NCBI GenBank assembly: GCA_002069765.1
Contig: MWBZ01000012.1
Span: forward strand, 8,436-72,435
DNA: 64,000 nucleotides
Direction: 5' to 3'
Source of the DNA: a bacterium ADurb.Bin243
Lineage (GTDB): Bacteria; Muiribacteriota; UBA9980
The notes under the pieces were generated by a model that ran no database searches, had not been told where the DNA came from, and was given only the letters and a program-made list of their open reading frames with translations. Shown one piece after another: positions 48,166-58,355 of the stretch. Each line of letters starts with the position of its first letter. Within the stretch, counting starts at the first letter, position 1. Both the position numbers and the translations under genes were made by a program.

Positions 48166-50460
48166 ATGGAATATATACAGCTCGAAGAAAAAGTAAAAAG
48201 TTACAACCCTAACGCCAATTTTGAATATTTGAAAAAAGCCTACGATTTTGCCCGCGAAGCGCATAAGACGCAGTTCCGGGCGAGCGGCGAACCTTACTTT
48301 ATACATCCTTTCAACGTAGCCATGATTCTGGCCGATTTGAAGCTCGACGTCATATCCATAGCCGCGGGGCTCCTTCACGACGTAGTCGAGGACACGCCCG
48401 CCACCAGCGAGATAATAACGGCCGAATTCGGTTCTACCATGGGGCTTTTAATCGACGGCGTAACGAAGCTTTCAAAGCTTTCTTTCAAATCCAAGGAAGA
48501 ATTCGCCGCCGAAAACCTCCGTAAGATGTTGTTCGCGCTTATAAAAGACATCCGCGTTATACTCGTCAAGCTGGCGGACCGCCTCAACAATATAAGGACA
48601 CTGGGCTCGCTGGCTCCCGAAAAGCAAAAGCGCATCGCGCGCGAAACGCTCGATATTTACGCCCCTCTGGCTAACCGTCTCGGAATGCACAGCATAAAAA
48701 TAGAGCTGGAAGATTCCTGTTTCAGAATATGCGAACCTGAAATCGCGGCGGAGCTCGAAACCAAGCTTTTCAAAGACAAACTGCAAACCGACAAATACAT
48801 AGAAGACATTATAACCACTCTCAAGCAGGAATGCGCGGAAAACAACATACCATGCGAAATTTTCGGTCGCCAGAAGCACCTTTACAGCATTTATAAAAAG
48901 ATCAACAACAAAGATAAAACCATAGACGACATCTATGATTTAATAGGGCTTCGGGCCATAGTAAACTCTATCAACGACTGCTACGCCGTGCTCGGGCTGG
49001 TTCACAAGCTCTGGAAACCGATCATGGGCCGCTTTAAAGATTATATCGCCGTGCCGAAAACCAACCTTTATCAGTCTCTTCACACCACCATAGTCCACGG
49101 CGGCGGCGAGCCCGTAGAAATCCAGATACGCACCCAGCTCATGCACAGAATCGCCGAAGAAGGCATCGCGGCCCACTGGAACTATAAGGAAAGCGGCTCG
49201 AAAAAGGCCGCCGAGGGCCAGAAAAACGATATGGCATGGCTCCGCCAGATAATAAACTGGCACCGCGACGTAACCGACGCCCGCGAATATATCGAAACCA
49301 TAAAAGTAGACCTCTACCAGGACGAAGTTTTCGTATTCACGCCCAACGGAGATATCAAAGTCCTCACTTCTAAAAGCACGCCCCTTGATTTCGCGTACCT
49401 CATCCACTCCGAAGTCGGCAATAAATGCGTAGGAGCGAAGGTCAACGGCAAGATGGTCACGCTCGACTACGAACTCAAAAACGGCGACATCATAGACATT
49501 TTAACTTCCAACAGCGCCAGGCCTTCCAAAGACTGGCTGAAAATAGTCAAATCGCCTCACGCCCGCACCAAAATTAAAGCGTGGTTCAAAAACGAGGAAC
49601 GCGAAAACGACCTGAAAAAAGGGCGCGACAATTTCACCGAATATTACGCGGGCCATATAAAAGACGTAATCAAGTTTTACGAGGAACACAATAAAACGCC
49701 TTTCCTGCATGAAAAGCAAAGCTTCTCCAGGGACGATTTCGATTTGAACAAAGTGATGAAGTCGCGCCTCTTTCTCGACGCGCTTTCGGCGCTCAACTTC
49801 AAGGCCATAGACGATTTCTTCGTCATCATAGGCCGCGGCGAGTATCAGATCCGCAATATATTCGCGAAAATGTTTCCCGAATTTATAGAATCCGTTATGA
49901 ACAAAGGCAAGCCCATGCACGTTCTTCAGCAGAAAAAGGCGCCCGAAAAAAAATCGCGCTCGGTCAACGGCGTCATAGTTTCGGGCCTCGACGACGTGCT
50001 GGTGCGCTTTTCCAAATGCTGCACGCCGGTGCCCGGCGATCCGATAATAGGCTTCATAACGCGCGGCCGCGGAGTGTCCGTCCACCGCAAGAACTGCCCC
50101 AATATTTCGATCGACCAGGCCGAAAAGGACCGCATCATCGAAGTCAGCTGGGACCAGAGCCGCCTTCTTTCCCATAATATAGCCTACGCTACAAGAATAA
50201 GAGTGAAAGCCATAGAGCGTCCCAACCTTCTTCTCAACGTGACCAACCTTATATCCAACTTAAAGCTCAATATTTACGAGCTTCACGCGCGAATCGAAAA
50301 GAACTTCGCGATAGTCGAGTTCACGGTGGATATAATAAATATCCAGCAGCTCGACGAATTCATCAAAAATATCGAAAAAATCGACGGCGTAATGAACGTT
50401 TACCGCACCGAAGGCTCCAGTTCGCCTTCTTCGGGACAGCCGCCGGCGCATAAAAAATAA
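48166..50460 (+). CDS. relA: Bifunctional (p)ppGpp synthetase/hydrolase RelA/SpoT
   Basis: 764 aa; HD hydrolase domain (HDVVED), synthetase domain (RAIVN...DYIA), TGS and C-terminal ACT-like domain. Confidence 0.9.
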   Translation: MEYIQLEEKVKSYNPNANFEYLKKAYDFAREAHKTQFRASGEPYFIHPFNVAMILADLKLDVISIAAGLLHDVVEDTPATSEIITAEFGSTMGLLIDGVTKLSKLSFKSKEEFAAENLRKMLFALIKDIRVILVKLADRLNNIRTLGSLAPEKQKRIARETLDIYAPLANRLGMHSIKIELEDSCFRICEPEIAAELETKLFKDKLQTDKYIEDIITTLKQECAENNIPCEIFGRQKHLYSIYKKINNKDKTIDDIYDLIGLRAIVNSINDCYAVLGLVHKLWKPIMGRFKDYIAVPKTNLYQSLHTTIVHGGGEPVEIQIRTQLMHRIAEEGIAAHWNYKESGSKKAAEGQKNDMAWLRQIINWHRDVTDAREYIETIKVDLYQDEVFVFTPNGDIKVLTSKSTPLDFAYLIHSEVGNKCVGAKVNGKMVTLDYELKNGDIIDILTSNSARPSKDWLKIVKSPHARTKIKAWFKNEERENDLKKGRDNFTEYYAGHIKDVIKFYEEHNKTPFLHEKQSFSRDDFDLNKVMKSRLFLDALSALNFKAIDDFFVIIGRGEYQIRNIFAKMFPEFIESVMNKGKPMHVLQQKKAPEKKSRSVNGVIVSGLDDVLVRFSKCCTPVPGDPIIGFITRGRGVSVHRKNCPNISIDQAEKDRIIEVSWDQSRLLSHNIAYATRIRVKAIERPNLLLNVTNLISNLKLNIYELHARIEKNFAIVEFTVDIINIQQLDEFIKNIEKIDGVMNVYRTEGSSSPSSGQPPAHKK

Positions 50461-50500
50461 TTTACCGTTTCAATAAATTCTTAAAAATTTTGGGGGAAAT

Positions 50501-52075
50501 ATGAGCATCAAATCTCATCCTAAGGGATTATACGTACTTTTTTTCACCGAGGCATGGGAGCGCTTTTCATACTACGGCATGCGCGCCCTTCTGGTTTTAT
50601 ACCTGGTAAAGCATCTGAACATGGCCCGCCACAACGCGCTTGAAATATACGCGCTTTATACCGGCCTGGTCTATTTCACTCCTATGATCGGCGGATATCT
50701 GGCGGATAAATACCTCGGCGCGAGAAAAGCCATTATAATAGGCGGCCTGGTTATGGCCCTCGGCCATCTGGCGATGGCTTTCGAATCGCTTCTCTATCCG
50801 GCCCTCGGACTTTTGATCGTCGGAAACGGCTTTTTCAAGCCGAATATTTCCACCATAGTCGGCGGCCTTTATGAAGAGCACGATCCGCGCCGCGACGGCG
50901 GATTTACCATATTCTACATGGGCATAAACCTGGGCGCGTTCTTCTCGCCGCTGGTATGCGGAACCCTCGGAGAAAATTACGGCTGGGACTGGGGATTTTC
51001 GGCCGCCGGCATAGGCATGACCATCGGGCTCCTGGTATTTCTGATGGGCCAGAAAATTCTCGGCCCTAAAGGCTTTCCGCCGCACACCAACCGCGAAAAA
51101 CTTATAGCTAAAGATTATATAGATATAGGCGTTTATACGGCGGTTTCGGTGGTTTTCGTATTCGGGTTCCTCAGGTTCTGGGAGTTCTTCGGCCCAATGT
51201 GGCAGGCGTTTTCGATGACGCATAAAACCGCGTTGTCGGCCGCGCTGATAATGGCCGTTTTATCGGCCGGAAAATTATTTTCGCGTAAAAACAAAGCGGT
51301 GGCGGCGACCCTTGCCGGTTCCTCCGAAGACGACGGCGGCGACGCGCCCGTAACGTGGGAAGAATGGCAGAGGATCATCGTAATATGCATAATATCGGTT
51401 TTCGTTATATTCTTCTGGATGGGCTTCGAGCAGGCCGGCGGCACGCTCACGCTTTTCGCCGACCAGCAGACCGACAGGAATTTTATGGGTTACGAAATAC
51501 CGGCCTCGTACTTTCAGTCTATCAACCCTCTCGCCATAATGCTTCTGGCGCCGATTTTCTCCGTTTTATGGTTCAGGCTCGACGAATCCAGATACGCCCT
51601 TTCGACTCCGGCTAAAATGGCGGCAGGCATGATCACTCTGGGGCTGGGTTTCATAGTGATGTATTTCGGCCAGTCGCTCGCTTTCAGCGGCGATACGACA
51701 AAGGTGGTCAGCATGCCTTTCACCAACGGTTTCCAGGTTTTCGCATCCGACATATACTGGCGCGAATTCGGCAAAGTGGGCCCGCTGTGGCTCGCGATGG
51801 TTTATCTTATACACACCATAGGCGAGCTATGCCTTTCCCCGATAGGGCTTTCGATGGTGACCAAGCTTTCGCCGGAACGCTTCGTATCTCTTATGATGGG
51901 AATTTGGTTCGTTTCTTCGGCTCTTTCGAACTATCTCGCCGGAAGGCTGGAGGAGCTTCTGAGCATTTATCAGCTCAACATATACGTTTTTCTGATAATG
52001 TCTTCGATCGGAGCCGGCATTCTGCTGCTGGCCCTGACGCCGCTTTTAAACAAATGGTCTCACGGCCGCGCGTAG
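50501..52075 (+). CDS. Proton-dependent oligopeptide transporter (POT/PTR2 family MFS transporter)
   Basis: 524 aa; about 14 TM segments; POT signature region (GGYLADKYLGARKAIIIGGLVMALGH, FYMGINLGAF). Confidence 0.85.
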   Translation: MSIKSHPKGLYVLFFTEAWERFSYYGMRALLVLYLVKHLNMARHNALEIYALYTGLVYFTPMIGGYLADKYLGARKAIIIGGLVMALGHLAMAFESLLYPALGLLIVGNGFFKPNISTIVGGLYEEHDPRRDGGFTIFYMGINLGAFFSPLVCGTLGENYGWDWGFSAAGIGMTIGLLVFLMGQKILGPKGFPPHTNREKLIAKDYIDIGVYTAVSVVFVFGFLRFWEFFGPMWQAFSMTHKTALSAALIMAVLSAGKLFSRKNKAVAATLAGSSEDDGGDAPVTWEEWQRIIVICIISVFVIFFWMGFEQAGGTLTLFADQQTDRNFMGYEIPASYFQSINPLAIMLLAPIFSVLWFRLDESRYALSTPAKMAAGMITLGLGFIVMYFGQSLAFSGDTTKVVSMPFTNGFQVFASDIYWREFGKVGPLWLAMVYLIHTIGELCLSPIGLSMVTKLSPERFVSLMMGIWFVSSALSNYLAGRLEELLSIYQLNIYVFLIMSSIGAGILLLALTPLLNKWSHGRA

Positions 52076-52096
52076 CGCCGACGCCGAAAATATAAA

Positions 52097-53335
52097 TCAA
52101 ACGATTTCTCCGAATTTAAGCCTGACGATCGTTTCAGCGGCTTTTTCGCCCAGGCCGAGAAATCTCACAAGCTTGAGCTTCTGCCAGAACCTTTTCTGGC
52201 GGGAGCTTTTAATTTCTTCGCTCACCTTTCCGCCGAGCGTTTCGCTCGGAGCGCCGGGGCGGCCTTCATATTTAAGCGCCTGGTATAAAGATATATCGGC
52301 CCTGCCGATAAGCTCGTAAGTTTTGATGAAATCTTCGCGCGTTTCGCCCGGAAAGCCTACCATTACGATAGAGCTGACGCTTTTCAGGCCGGTTTCGCGC
52401 ACCATATAGTTGACGGCCGCCACAGCTTCGCTTATTTTATAGCGGCGGCGCATGGAATCGAGTATTTTTTGCGAGCCCGACTGAAGAGGCGCGCAGAAAG
52501 ACGTAACGCGGCCTGTCTTAAAAATAGCCGCCAGCGCGTCGAAGTGCTTGATAAGCCATACCGGCTCTATAAAGCGGATATTGACTTTGAAATCTTCGCC
52601 GGCCTTCAAAACTTCGTTTAAAAGCTCGGGCAGGCTCGAATTTATATCGGCCCCGTAGCAGCCCATATCGTCGCCCGCGAATGAAATTTCACGATAACCG
52701 AGCTTTACGGCGTCTTTTACCTGCGATATTATTACGTCCGGTTGAACGCTTTTTACGGAGCCTCTCGCGCGCTTTATGGCGCAGTAGGAGCATTCGCCGA
52801 GACAGCCGCTGGCGCCCCTTATCAAATACCACTCGGGCACGGGGACCGTATCCAGAAAATCCGGAATTTTAATGAAAGGCATTATCTTATTTATGGCGCC
52901 GAATAATTTTTTGAGCTTTATGCCCGCCATGAACATTTTATTTTCGCGATATTCGGACACGCCCACGATATTGGCGCTTATTTTATCAAGCGGCACGGCC
53001 GAAGGAAATATTTTTTCGATATCGGATATCTGCGAAGGCGCAAGCGCCGTGACGTCTCCGATAGATTGGAAAAGCGAAGGGTTTATCTTTGAAAGGCAGC
53101 CGCTCACAATAACCATGGCGCCGCTTTTTCGGCCTTCGAGCGCCTTACGGATTTTTTTGACGGCGTCGGTTTCATATTCCTGATTGAACGCGCAGGTGGA
53201 AACGAGCACCGTATCGGCCTGTTTTATATCGGCCGTCTCCGCGTGGCCGGCTTTTAAAAGATACCCCCTTATAAGGGCGATATCTAAAACAAGTTCGGTG
53301 CAGGGATGGGCTGAATTGATAATATGAAAAATCAT
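52097..53335 (-). CDS. MiaB-like methylthiotransferase-family radical SAM protein lacking a TRAM domain, paralog 1
   Basis: N-terminal MTTase domain with three spaced Cys (PCTE, STCAF, SGCL); radical SAM motif GCLGECSYCAI; VGFPGETRED motif; no C-terminal TRAM domain. Confidence 0.7.
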   Translation of the reverse strand: MIFHIINSAHPCTELVLDIALIRGYLLKAGHAETADIKQADTVLVSTCAFNQEYETDAVKKIRKALEGRKSGAMVIVSGCLSKINPSLFQSIGDVTALAPSQISDIEKIFPSAVPLDKISANIVGVSEYRENKMFMAGIKLKKLFGAINKIMPFIKIPDFLDTVPVPEWYLIRGASGCLGECSYCAIKRARGSVKSVQPDVIISQVKDAVKLGYREISFAGDDMGCYGADINSSLPELLNEVLKAGEDFKVNIRFIEPVWLIKHFDALAAIFKTGRVTSFCAPLQSGSQKILDSMRRRYKISEAVAAVNYMVRETGLKSVSSIVMVGFPGETREDFIKTYELIGRADISLYQALKYEGRPGAPSETLGGKVSEEIKSSRQKRFWQKLKLVRFLGLGEKAAETIVRLKFGEIV

Positions 53336-53343
53336 GCGGTTCC

Positions 53344-54546
53344 TTATACTCCGAATATCAAATTTTTAAGGTGCTTTTTTACCACGGCGCGGTGCATGAC
53401 GGCATACCGGCGCTCTATTTCGGCTTGCGGCACCTGGTTTTCAAATTCGGCGGCCTTAGTGTTGGGACGGCGTTCGTATTTAAAGACCATATACATCTCA
53501 TGGCGCACTTCGTCGACCAGCCTCATGGACTGGTAAAAGTCTTCCTCGGTTTCTCCTGGAAATCCGACTATGATATTGGTGCTGATCATTGCCACGCGGG
53601 TCTTTTCTATTATGTAATTGACGGTTTCCTTTATCTGCTCGAAGGTATAGCGGCGGTTCATGGATTTGAGGATCCTGTTGGAGCCCGACTGGGCGGGAGC
53701 GCAAAAAGCCTTTATCTTACCGGTTTTAAAAGCCGGAATTAGCCGGTCTTTTAATTTGTAAAGCCAGTAAGGGTCTATAAAGCGCAGATTTATTTTAAAA
53801 TCGCCGCCCAGGCATACGAGTTCATTCAGAAGATCGGCGAGATTCGTTTTTATATCCACGCCGTATCCGCCGAGATCTTCTCCGGTGAGGGCGATTTCGC
53901 GGTACCCTATCTCTATGCCTTTTTTAGCCTCTGCGACTATCGTTTTTATGGGGTCGCTTTTGAGCGGGCCGTGGGCGTTTTTTATGGCGCAATATGAGCA
54001 GTTTCCGGTACAGCCCATGGCGGCCCTTACGCAATACCATTTTTCTGAAGGCACCGTGAATAAAATCTTAGGCACGCGGACGAAAGGGAGAAAGCTTAAT
54101 TTTTCGAACCATTTGCGGGCGCGGAAAAACCTGCTGATTTTAGGATCGGTATCGTATTCGCGTTCGGAAACGAAGTGGTTTTCGAAATTCACGATTTTAT
54201 TTTCAAAATTCATTATTTCGTCGAACTTCGCTATATTCGAAGTCGGGACGCTCCGGCCGTTGAAAACGCTTTTCAGGCGCTCTTTATTGATGTCGGGCAG
54301 GCAGCCGGCCACCACGAGTTCGCATCCGGCTTTTTTTTCGCGCCCCATTTTTTCTATAACGCCGATTTCATAATCTTCCTGCTCTTTTGAAAAACCGCAT
54401 GTGGAAACGATTATTACGTCGGCGTCCAGGTGCGAGCTGCATATTTCCCAGCCGTTGGCCGAATACCAGCGCTTGATGGCGTTCATATTCATCGCGTTTT
54501 CCGTGCAGGGGTGCTTGGTTGAATGTATATAAGCTTTTTTAGTCAT
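53344..54546 (-). CDS. MiaB-like methylthiotransferase-family radical SAM protein lacking a TRAM domain, paralog 2
   Basis: Same architecture: PCTE, STCGF, AGCL; GCTGNCSYCAI; VGFPGETEED. Confidence 0.7.
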   Translation of the reverse strand: MTKKAYIHSTKHPCTENAMNMNAIKRWYSANGWEICSSHLDADVIIVSTCGFSKEQEDYEIGVIEKMGREKKAGCELVVAGCLPDINKERLKSVFNGRSVPTSNIAKFDEIMNFENKIVNFENHFVSEREYDTDPKISRFFRARKWFEKLSFLPFVRVPKILFTVPSEKWYCVRAAMGCTGNCSYCAIKNAHGPLKSDPIKTIVAEAKKGIEIGYREIALTGEDLGGYGVDIKTNLADLLNELVCLGGDFKINLRFIDPYWLYKLKDRLIPAFKTGKIKAFCAPAQSGSNRILKSMNRRYTFEQIKETVNYIIEKTRVAMISTNIIVGFPGETEEDFYQSMRLVDEVRHEMYMVFKYERRPNTKAAEFENQVPQAEIERRYAVMHRAVVKKHLKNLIFGV

Positions 54547-55865
54547 TAAAATTCTCCAAATTTATTGAATACGACGGAGCTGTTGCCGCCGGAAAAGCCG
54601 CATGAGTTCGAGATGGCTGCTTTGATAAGCATTTTACGGGCCCCGCCGGTGCAGTAATCCAGATCGCAGGCCGGGTCGGGCGTTTTAAGGTTCGCCGTCG
54701 GGTGGCATATGTCGTTTTTAACGCTGAGAGCCGTTACTACGGCCTCTATGGCGCCGGCGGCGGCCACCGAATGTCCGATCATGGATTTAGTCGCGCTGAC
54801 CGCGATATTTTTGCAATGTTCGCCGAAAAGCGATTTAATGGCGCGCGTCTCGCTGGCGTCGTTGAGCCGCGTGGACGTGGCGTGCGGGTTGACGTATGAA
54901 AAATCCGTAAGCGGTATGCCCGAATCTTTTATAGCCCGCTCCATAGCCAGTTTCATCATGCCTCCGTCGGGGCGGCACGCCGTGATTTTTTCGGCGTCGG
55001 AGCTCGACGCATAACCGGAAATCTCGCATATAATATTTGCGCCGCGCGCCAGCGCGTGTTCGAGCTCTTCAATTATTATAACAGCGCCGCCTTCGCCGAG
55101 AACGAAACCGTCGCGGTTAAGATCGAACGGCCGCGAGGCCGAAGGCGCTTCTTCGTTATTTGTGGAAAGCGCGCCCAGAAGGTTGAAGCCCGTCAGGATA
55201 TAGGCGTCTATCATTTCATCGCAGGAACCGCTCACCGCCACGTCTATCTCGCCCGAACGTATGCGCCTTAAAGCCTCTCCGATAGCGTAGTTAGACGATG
55301 CGCAAGCGTTGGAAGTGGCCATTACCGGCCCTTTTATTTTATAACGAGCCGCCAGATAGCCGGGGATAAAAAACGGAAATTTATTGCGGATTTCGTCTTT
55401 AGTTAAAAGCTCGAGGCAGTTATTCGCGAAAAGGCCGTAATCTACTTTAAAATCAGGGCCGCCTGAACGCTTGAATATTTCATAGGCCTTTTCGAAAGAT
55501 ATCCGGCTCGTTTCTATTCCCATAAAAATTCCGCATGAAAATTTCCGGAAATCTTCTATGCCGGAGGCGGCCGCCGCCTCATCAAAAGCGCTGAGCATAA
55601 AAGCGAGCTTGCGCGAAAAATATTTATGCGAATCGGGGTATTTATCCATAAGTTCCGCCGCCTGCGAAACCCGCGCCCCTATATGAACGGCGAATCCGTG
55701 CCGCTTGAATTTTTCGAGCTCTCCCACGGCGCTTTTTCCGGCGCAAAGCCCGCGGAATGTTTCATCGGCCCCTATGCCGAGAGGCGTAACCATTCCGGCT
55801 CCTGTTATTACGGCCCGCCTTCTGCCGCTTTGAATTTTTTTAATTTTAGCGTTTTCTCCGTTCAT
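54546..55865 (-). CDS. Beta-ketoacyl-ACP synthase (FabF/KAS II-like)
   Basis: 439 aa; active-site Cys context (ATSNACASSNYAIG), two His motifs (NPHATST; MIGHSVAAAG), C-terminal GFSGGNSSV. Confidence 0.8.
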   Translation of the reverse strand: MNGENAKIKKIQSGRRRAVITGAGMVTPLGIGADETFRGLCAGKSAVGELEKFKRHGFAVHIGARVSQAAELMDKYPDSHKYFSRKLAFMLSAFDEAAAASGIEDFRKFSCGIFMGIETSRISFEKAYEIFKRSGGPDFKVDYGLFANNCLELLTKDEIRNKFPFFIPGYLAARYKIKGPVMATSNACASSNYAIGEALRRIRSGEIDVAVSGSCDEMIDAYILTGFNLLGALSTNNEEAPSASRPFDLNRDGFVLGEGGAVIIIEELEHALARGANIICEISGYASSSDAEKITACRPDGGMMKLAMERAIKDSGIPLTDFSYVNPHATSTRLNDASETRAIKSLFGEHCKNIAVSATKSMIGHSVAAAGAIEAVVTALSVKNDICHPTANLKTPDPACDLDYCTGGARKMLIKAAISNSCGFSGGNSSVVFNKFGEF

Positions 55866-57079
55866 ATTTTATCCACCAGTTTCCCGCCGGTCAAAAACCA
55901 TGTGCCTTTTTTTTCGGCGGCAGATTCGGGCACTTTATTTACCACCATCGCCGGGTCGGGATAAAGCGTGACGTCGTTCGGGATCATTCTTCCCGGCGCT
56001 ATTATCAGCCCGGCCGCTATTTTCGTCCTGTGGCCTATTATAGAGCCCGCGAAACGCAGGCCGGTGTCTTTGACTCCGTCTGAGCACATTACCGATATCG
56101 TTTTTCCGTCCAGCCGGTAGTCGGACGGTATCGAGTTCATCACCGCGGAATCGTAACCGAAGCAGGAAAATTGATACGGCCCGCTGATAAGGAACGCGCG
56201 AGGATAAACCACCGAAAAGAAAATGACGTTGTTATTGGCTATATATGCCTTTTCGCCCACCACGCTGAATTTTACGGCGCTATGGTCGTCTATGTATGCT
56301 CCGCCGCCTATGACGGAAAACCGCACGACCGCGTACGCGCCGACTACGGCGCCGGATTTGATCACGCTGCCTTCTATGACGGCCGTCGGATGAACTTTAG
56401 CGCCTTTTTCTATAACCGAAAGCGCGCCGAGTATTTTAGCTTCGCTTATGGAGCGGGCGCGGAAAAGAACGCCAAGTTTTGCGGCTGCGCCGAGCTTGCG
56501 GAAGCGGGCCAGGCGCGCAAAATTGGCCGCCATGTTGACCATGGCTATATGAATGGGCTCGCAAACCCTCACGACGGCCTTTGAAGTGACGCAAAACTTG
56601 AAATGGTCTTTTCCTATCATGTGATCGGGAAAATGGCCCGATTCGTAAAATTCGTCGGGATTTATAACCGCGTTTTTCGCGCGGCTCTCTTCGAAAACCG
56701 GCGCTTTGGAATAATAAAGCGGATACTCCATAACCGATTCGTTTTCTTTGAGCCTCTGCAGTATGGCGATCTGTTTTGTAAAAAGGGTTTTTTCCAGCGC
56801 GGCGCGCACGAGCGGCGCGTCGGCCGCCATGGCGCGTTTTAAAAATTCGGCTAAAAATTCAGGCGTAAAGAAAATATCGTCGGTTAAAACAAGCGCGCCG
56901 GAGAGGTTTTCATCTTTGAGCGCGGCGCTTTCCAGGCGGACGGATTCAAAACCGGCCTCCGCAAGAACGCGCGCCTGATAATCTCGGAGCCTTTCGTTCA
57001 AAATTAAAATATCGCCGCAATGATCATTAAAAGGCGGTATTACAGTATTAGTTTTTATAATGAATGCTTTCATTTTCAT
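55862..57079 (-). CDS. Left-handed beta-helix (hexapeptide-repeat) protein with N-terminal nucleotidyltransferase-like region
   Basis: C-terminal half consists of hexapeptide repeats (VIEGSVIKSGAVVGAYAVVRFSVIGGGAYIDDHSAV...); function not assignable. Confidence 0.5.
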   Translation of the reverse strand: MKMKAFIIKTNTVIPPFNDHCGDILILNERLRDYQARVLAEAGFESVRLESAALKDENLSGALVLTDDIFFTPEFLAEFLKRAMAADAPLVRAALEKTLFTKQIAILQRLKENESVMEYPLYYSKAPVFEESRAKNAVINPDEFYESGHFPDHMIGKDHFKFCVTSKAVVRVCEPIHIAMVNMAANFARLARFRKLGAAAKLGVLFRARSISEAKILGALSVIEKGAKVHPTAVIEGSVIKSGAVVGAYAVVRFSVIGGGAYIDDHSAVKFSVVGEKAYIANNNVIFFSVVYPRAFLISGPYQFSCFGYDSAVMNSIPSDYRLDGKTISVMCSDGVKDTGLRFAGSIIGHRTKIAAGLIIAPGRMIPNDVTLYPDPAMVVNKVPESAAEKKGTWFLTGGKLVDKI

Positions 57080-57170
57080 AGTATTACAATTATAACATTT
57101 TTAACGGCCGTTTTCAACACGGTATAAAATATCGTTATGATTTATTAAACGGATTTCGAATCCCGGCCAC

Positions 57171-57199
57171 TTGTTTTTAAACGATTAATGTGATAATAT
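57171..57199 (+). promoter_or_regulatory. Putative promoter TTGTTT-N17-TAATAT upstream of the BMP-family gene
   Basis: -35 at 57171-57176, -10 at 57194-57199, AAGGA ribosome-binding site at about 57220; lies in the 154-bp divergent control region shared with the minus-strand LbH-fabF operon. Confidence 0.35.
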
Positions 57200-57233
57200 A
57201 AATTAACATTTTAAAAAAAGGACGGACAGTACA

Positions 57234-58313
57234 ATGAAAAAATTCGTTTCATCTTTATTATTGTTTCTCGCTTTAACGGTTTCCCTATCTTTCAGTCCTC
57301 TTCAAGCGGCGGAAATTTTAGCCGAATCTTCCGTAAGCGTTATATTTTTCATGCCGATAGGCAACTCCCTCGACCCGTTCATCCAGGTAAGCGAAAAAGG
57401 CATACAGGTATCCGCCGCTCTTTTCCCCAACCTTAAAATCGCAAGGGTTTATCCTTATTCCGACGATTACGTTCACGAATATATTAAATTCGCCGCCATG
57501 CGCGGGCACGATTATATAATCGGAATCGGCTCCTACTACGCCGACGCGTTCGATAAAATAGCCGATGCGTTTCCGGGCAAAAATTTTATCGTGGTGGACG
57601 GAAAGTCAAATAAAAAGAATGTCAAGTCGATAGTGTTCAACAACCGCGAAGCCGGATATCTCGCGGGGGCCGTCGCCGGCATCCTTTCCGAAACCGGAAA
57701 AATAGGGTTCATAGGCGGCAAAGAAACGGGCATCATCTTCGATTTCGAAAAAGGATTCGCCGAAGGCGTAAAAAAACAGAATAAAAAAGCCGAAATTTCC
57801 GTAAAATATATTTCAAAAACCAATGAAGGCTACACCAATCAAAAAGCCGGATTCGACATAGCCGACGCCATGTATAAAAGCGGAACCGATATAGTGTTCG
57901 CAGCGGCCGGCGCATCCGGACTCGGTTCTATCGACGCCGCGCGCCTGAATAAAAAAATGATCATCGGAGTCGACGCCGACCAGGACGAAGTAGCCCGCGG
58001 CATAGTTATGACTTCTATAATAAAAAGGCTCGATACCTCTATAGTCAATCTTCTTCAATCTATCGCGACCAATAAATACGACTCTAAAGAAACGGTTTAC
58101 AACGTAGGCAACGTCGGTTTCGCCCTTTCAAATTTCACTTTTTCAAAAAATAAAATTAAAAAAGCCGCCCTCGATAAAATTTACGACGAACTTTTCCAGA
58201 TGAAGAAAAAATATGATTACTCGGAAATATCCAAGTTGAAAAACCCCGACGAAGAAACCGAAAAAAAATCGAAGCGCAAAGAATACAAGCCGGGACAGCT
58301 TTTCAGAAAATAA
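57234..58313 (+). CDS. BMP-family (PnrA/Med-like) periplasmic substrate-binding protein
   Basis: Signal peptide; motifs typical of basic membrane protein family SBPs (FIVVDG...NVKSIVFNNREAGYLAGAVAG, IGFIGG). Confidence 0.6.
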   Translation: MKKFVSSLLLFLALTVSLSFSPLQAAEILAESSVSVIFFMPIGNSLDPFIQVSEKGIQVSAALFPNLKIARVYPYSDDYVHEYIKFAAMRGHDYIIGIGSYYADAFDKIADAFPGKNFIVVDGKSNKKNVKSIVFNNREAGYLAGAVAGILSETGKIGFIGGKETGIIFDFEKGFAEGVKKQNKKAEISVKYISKTNEGYTNQKAGFDIADAMYKSGTDIVFAAAGASGLGSIDAARLNKKMIIGVDADQDEVARGIVMTSIIKRLDTSIVNLLQSIATNKYDSKETVYNVGNVGFALSNFTFSKNKIKKAALDKIYDELFQMKKKYDYSEISKLKNPDEETEKKSKRKEYKPGQLFRK

Positions 58314-58355
58314 GCCGCCGTTTCCGATGCGCTGAAATCAAGCGGGGCCTTTAAA

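Noticed and set aside
57143-57170. tRNA-like T-arm string GGATTTCGAATCCCGGCCA in the divergent control region
   Set aside because: No D-arm, anticodon arm or CCA end, and the stem pairing is imperfect; it is not a tRNA gene. It could at most be a relic and was not reported as a feature.
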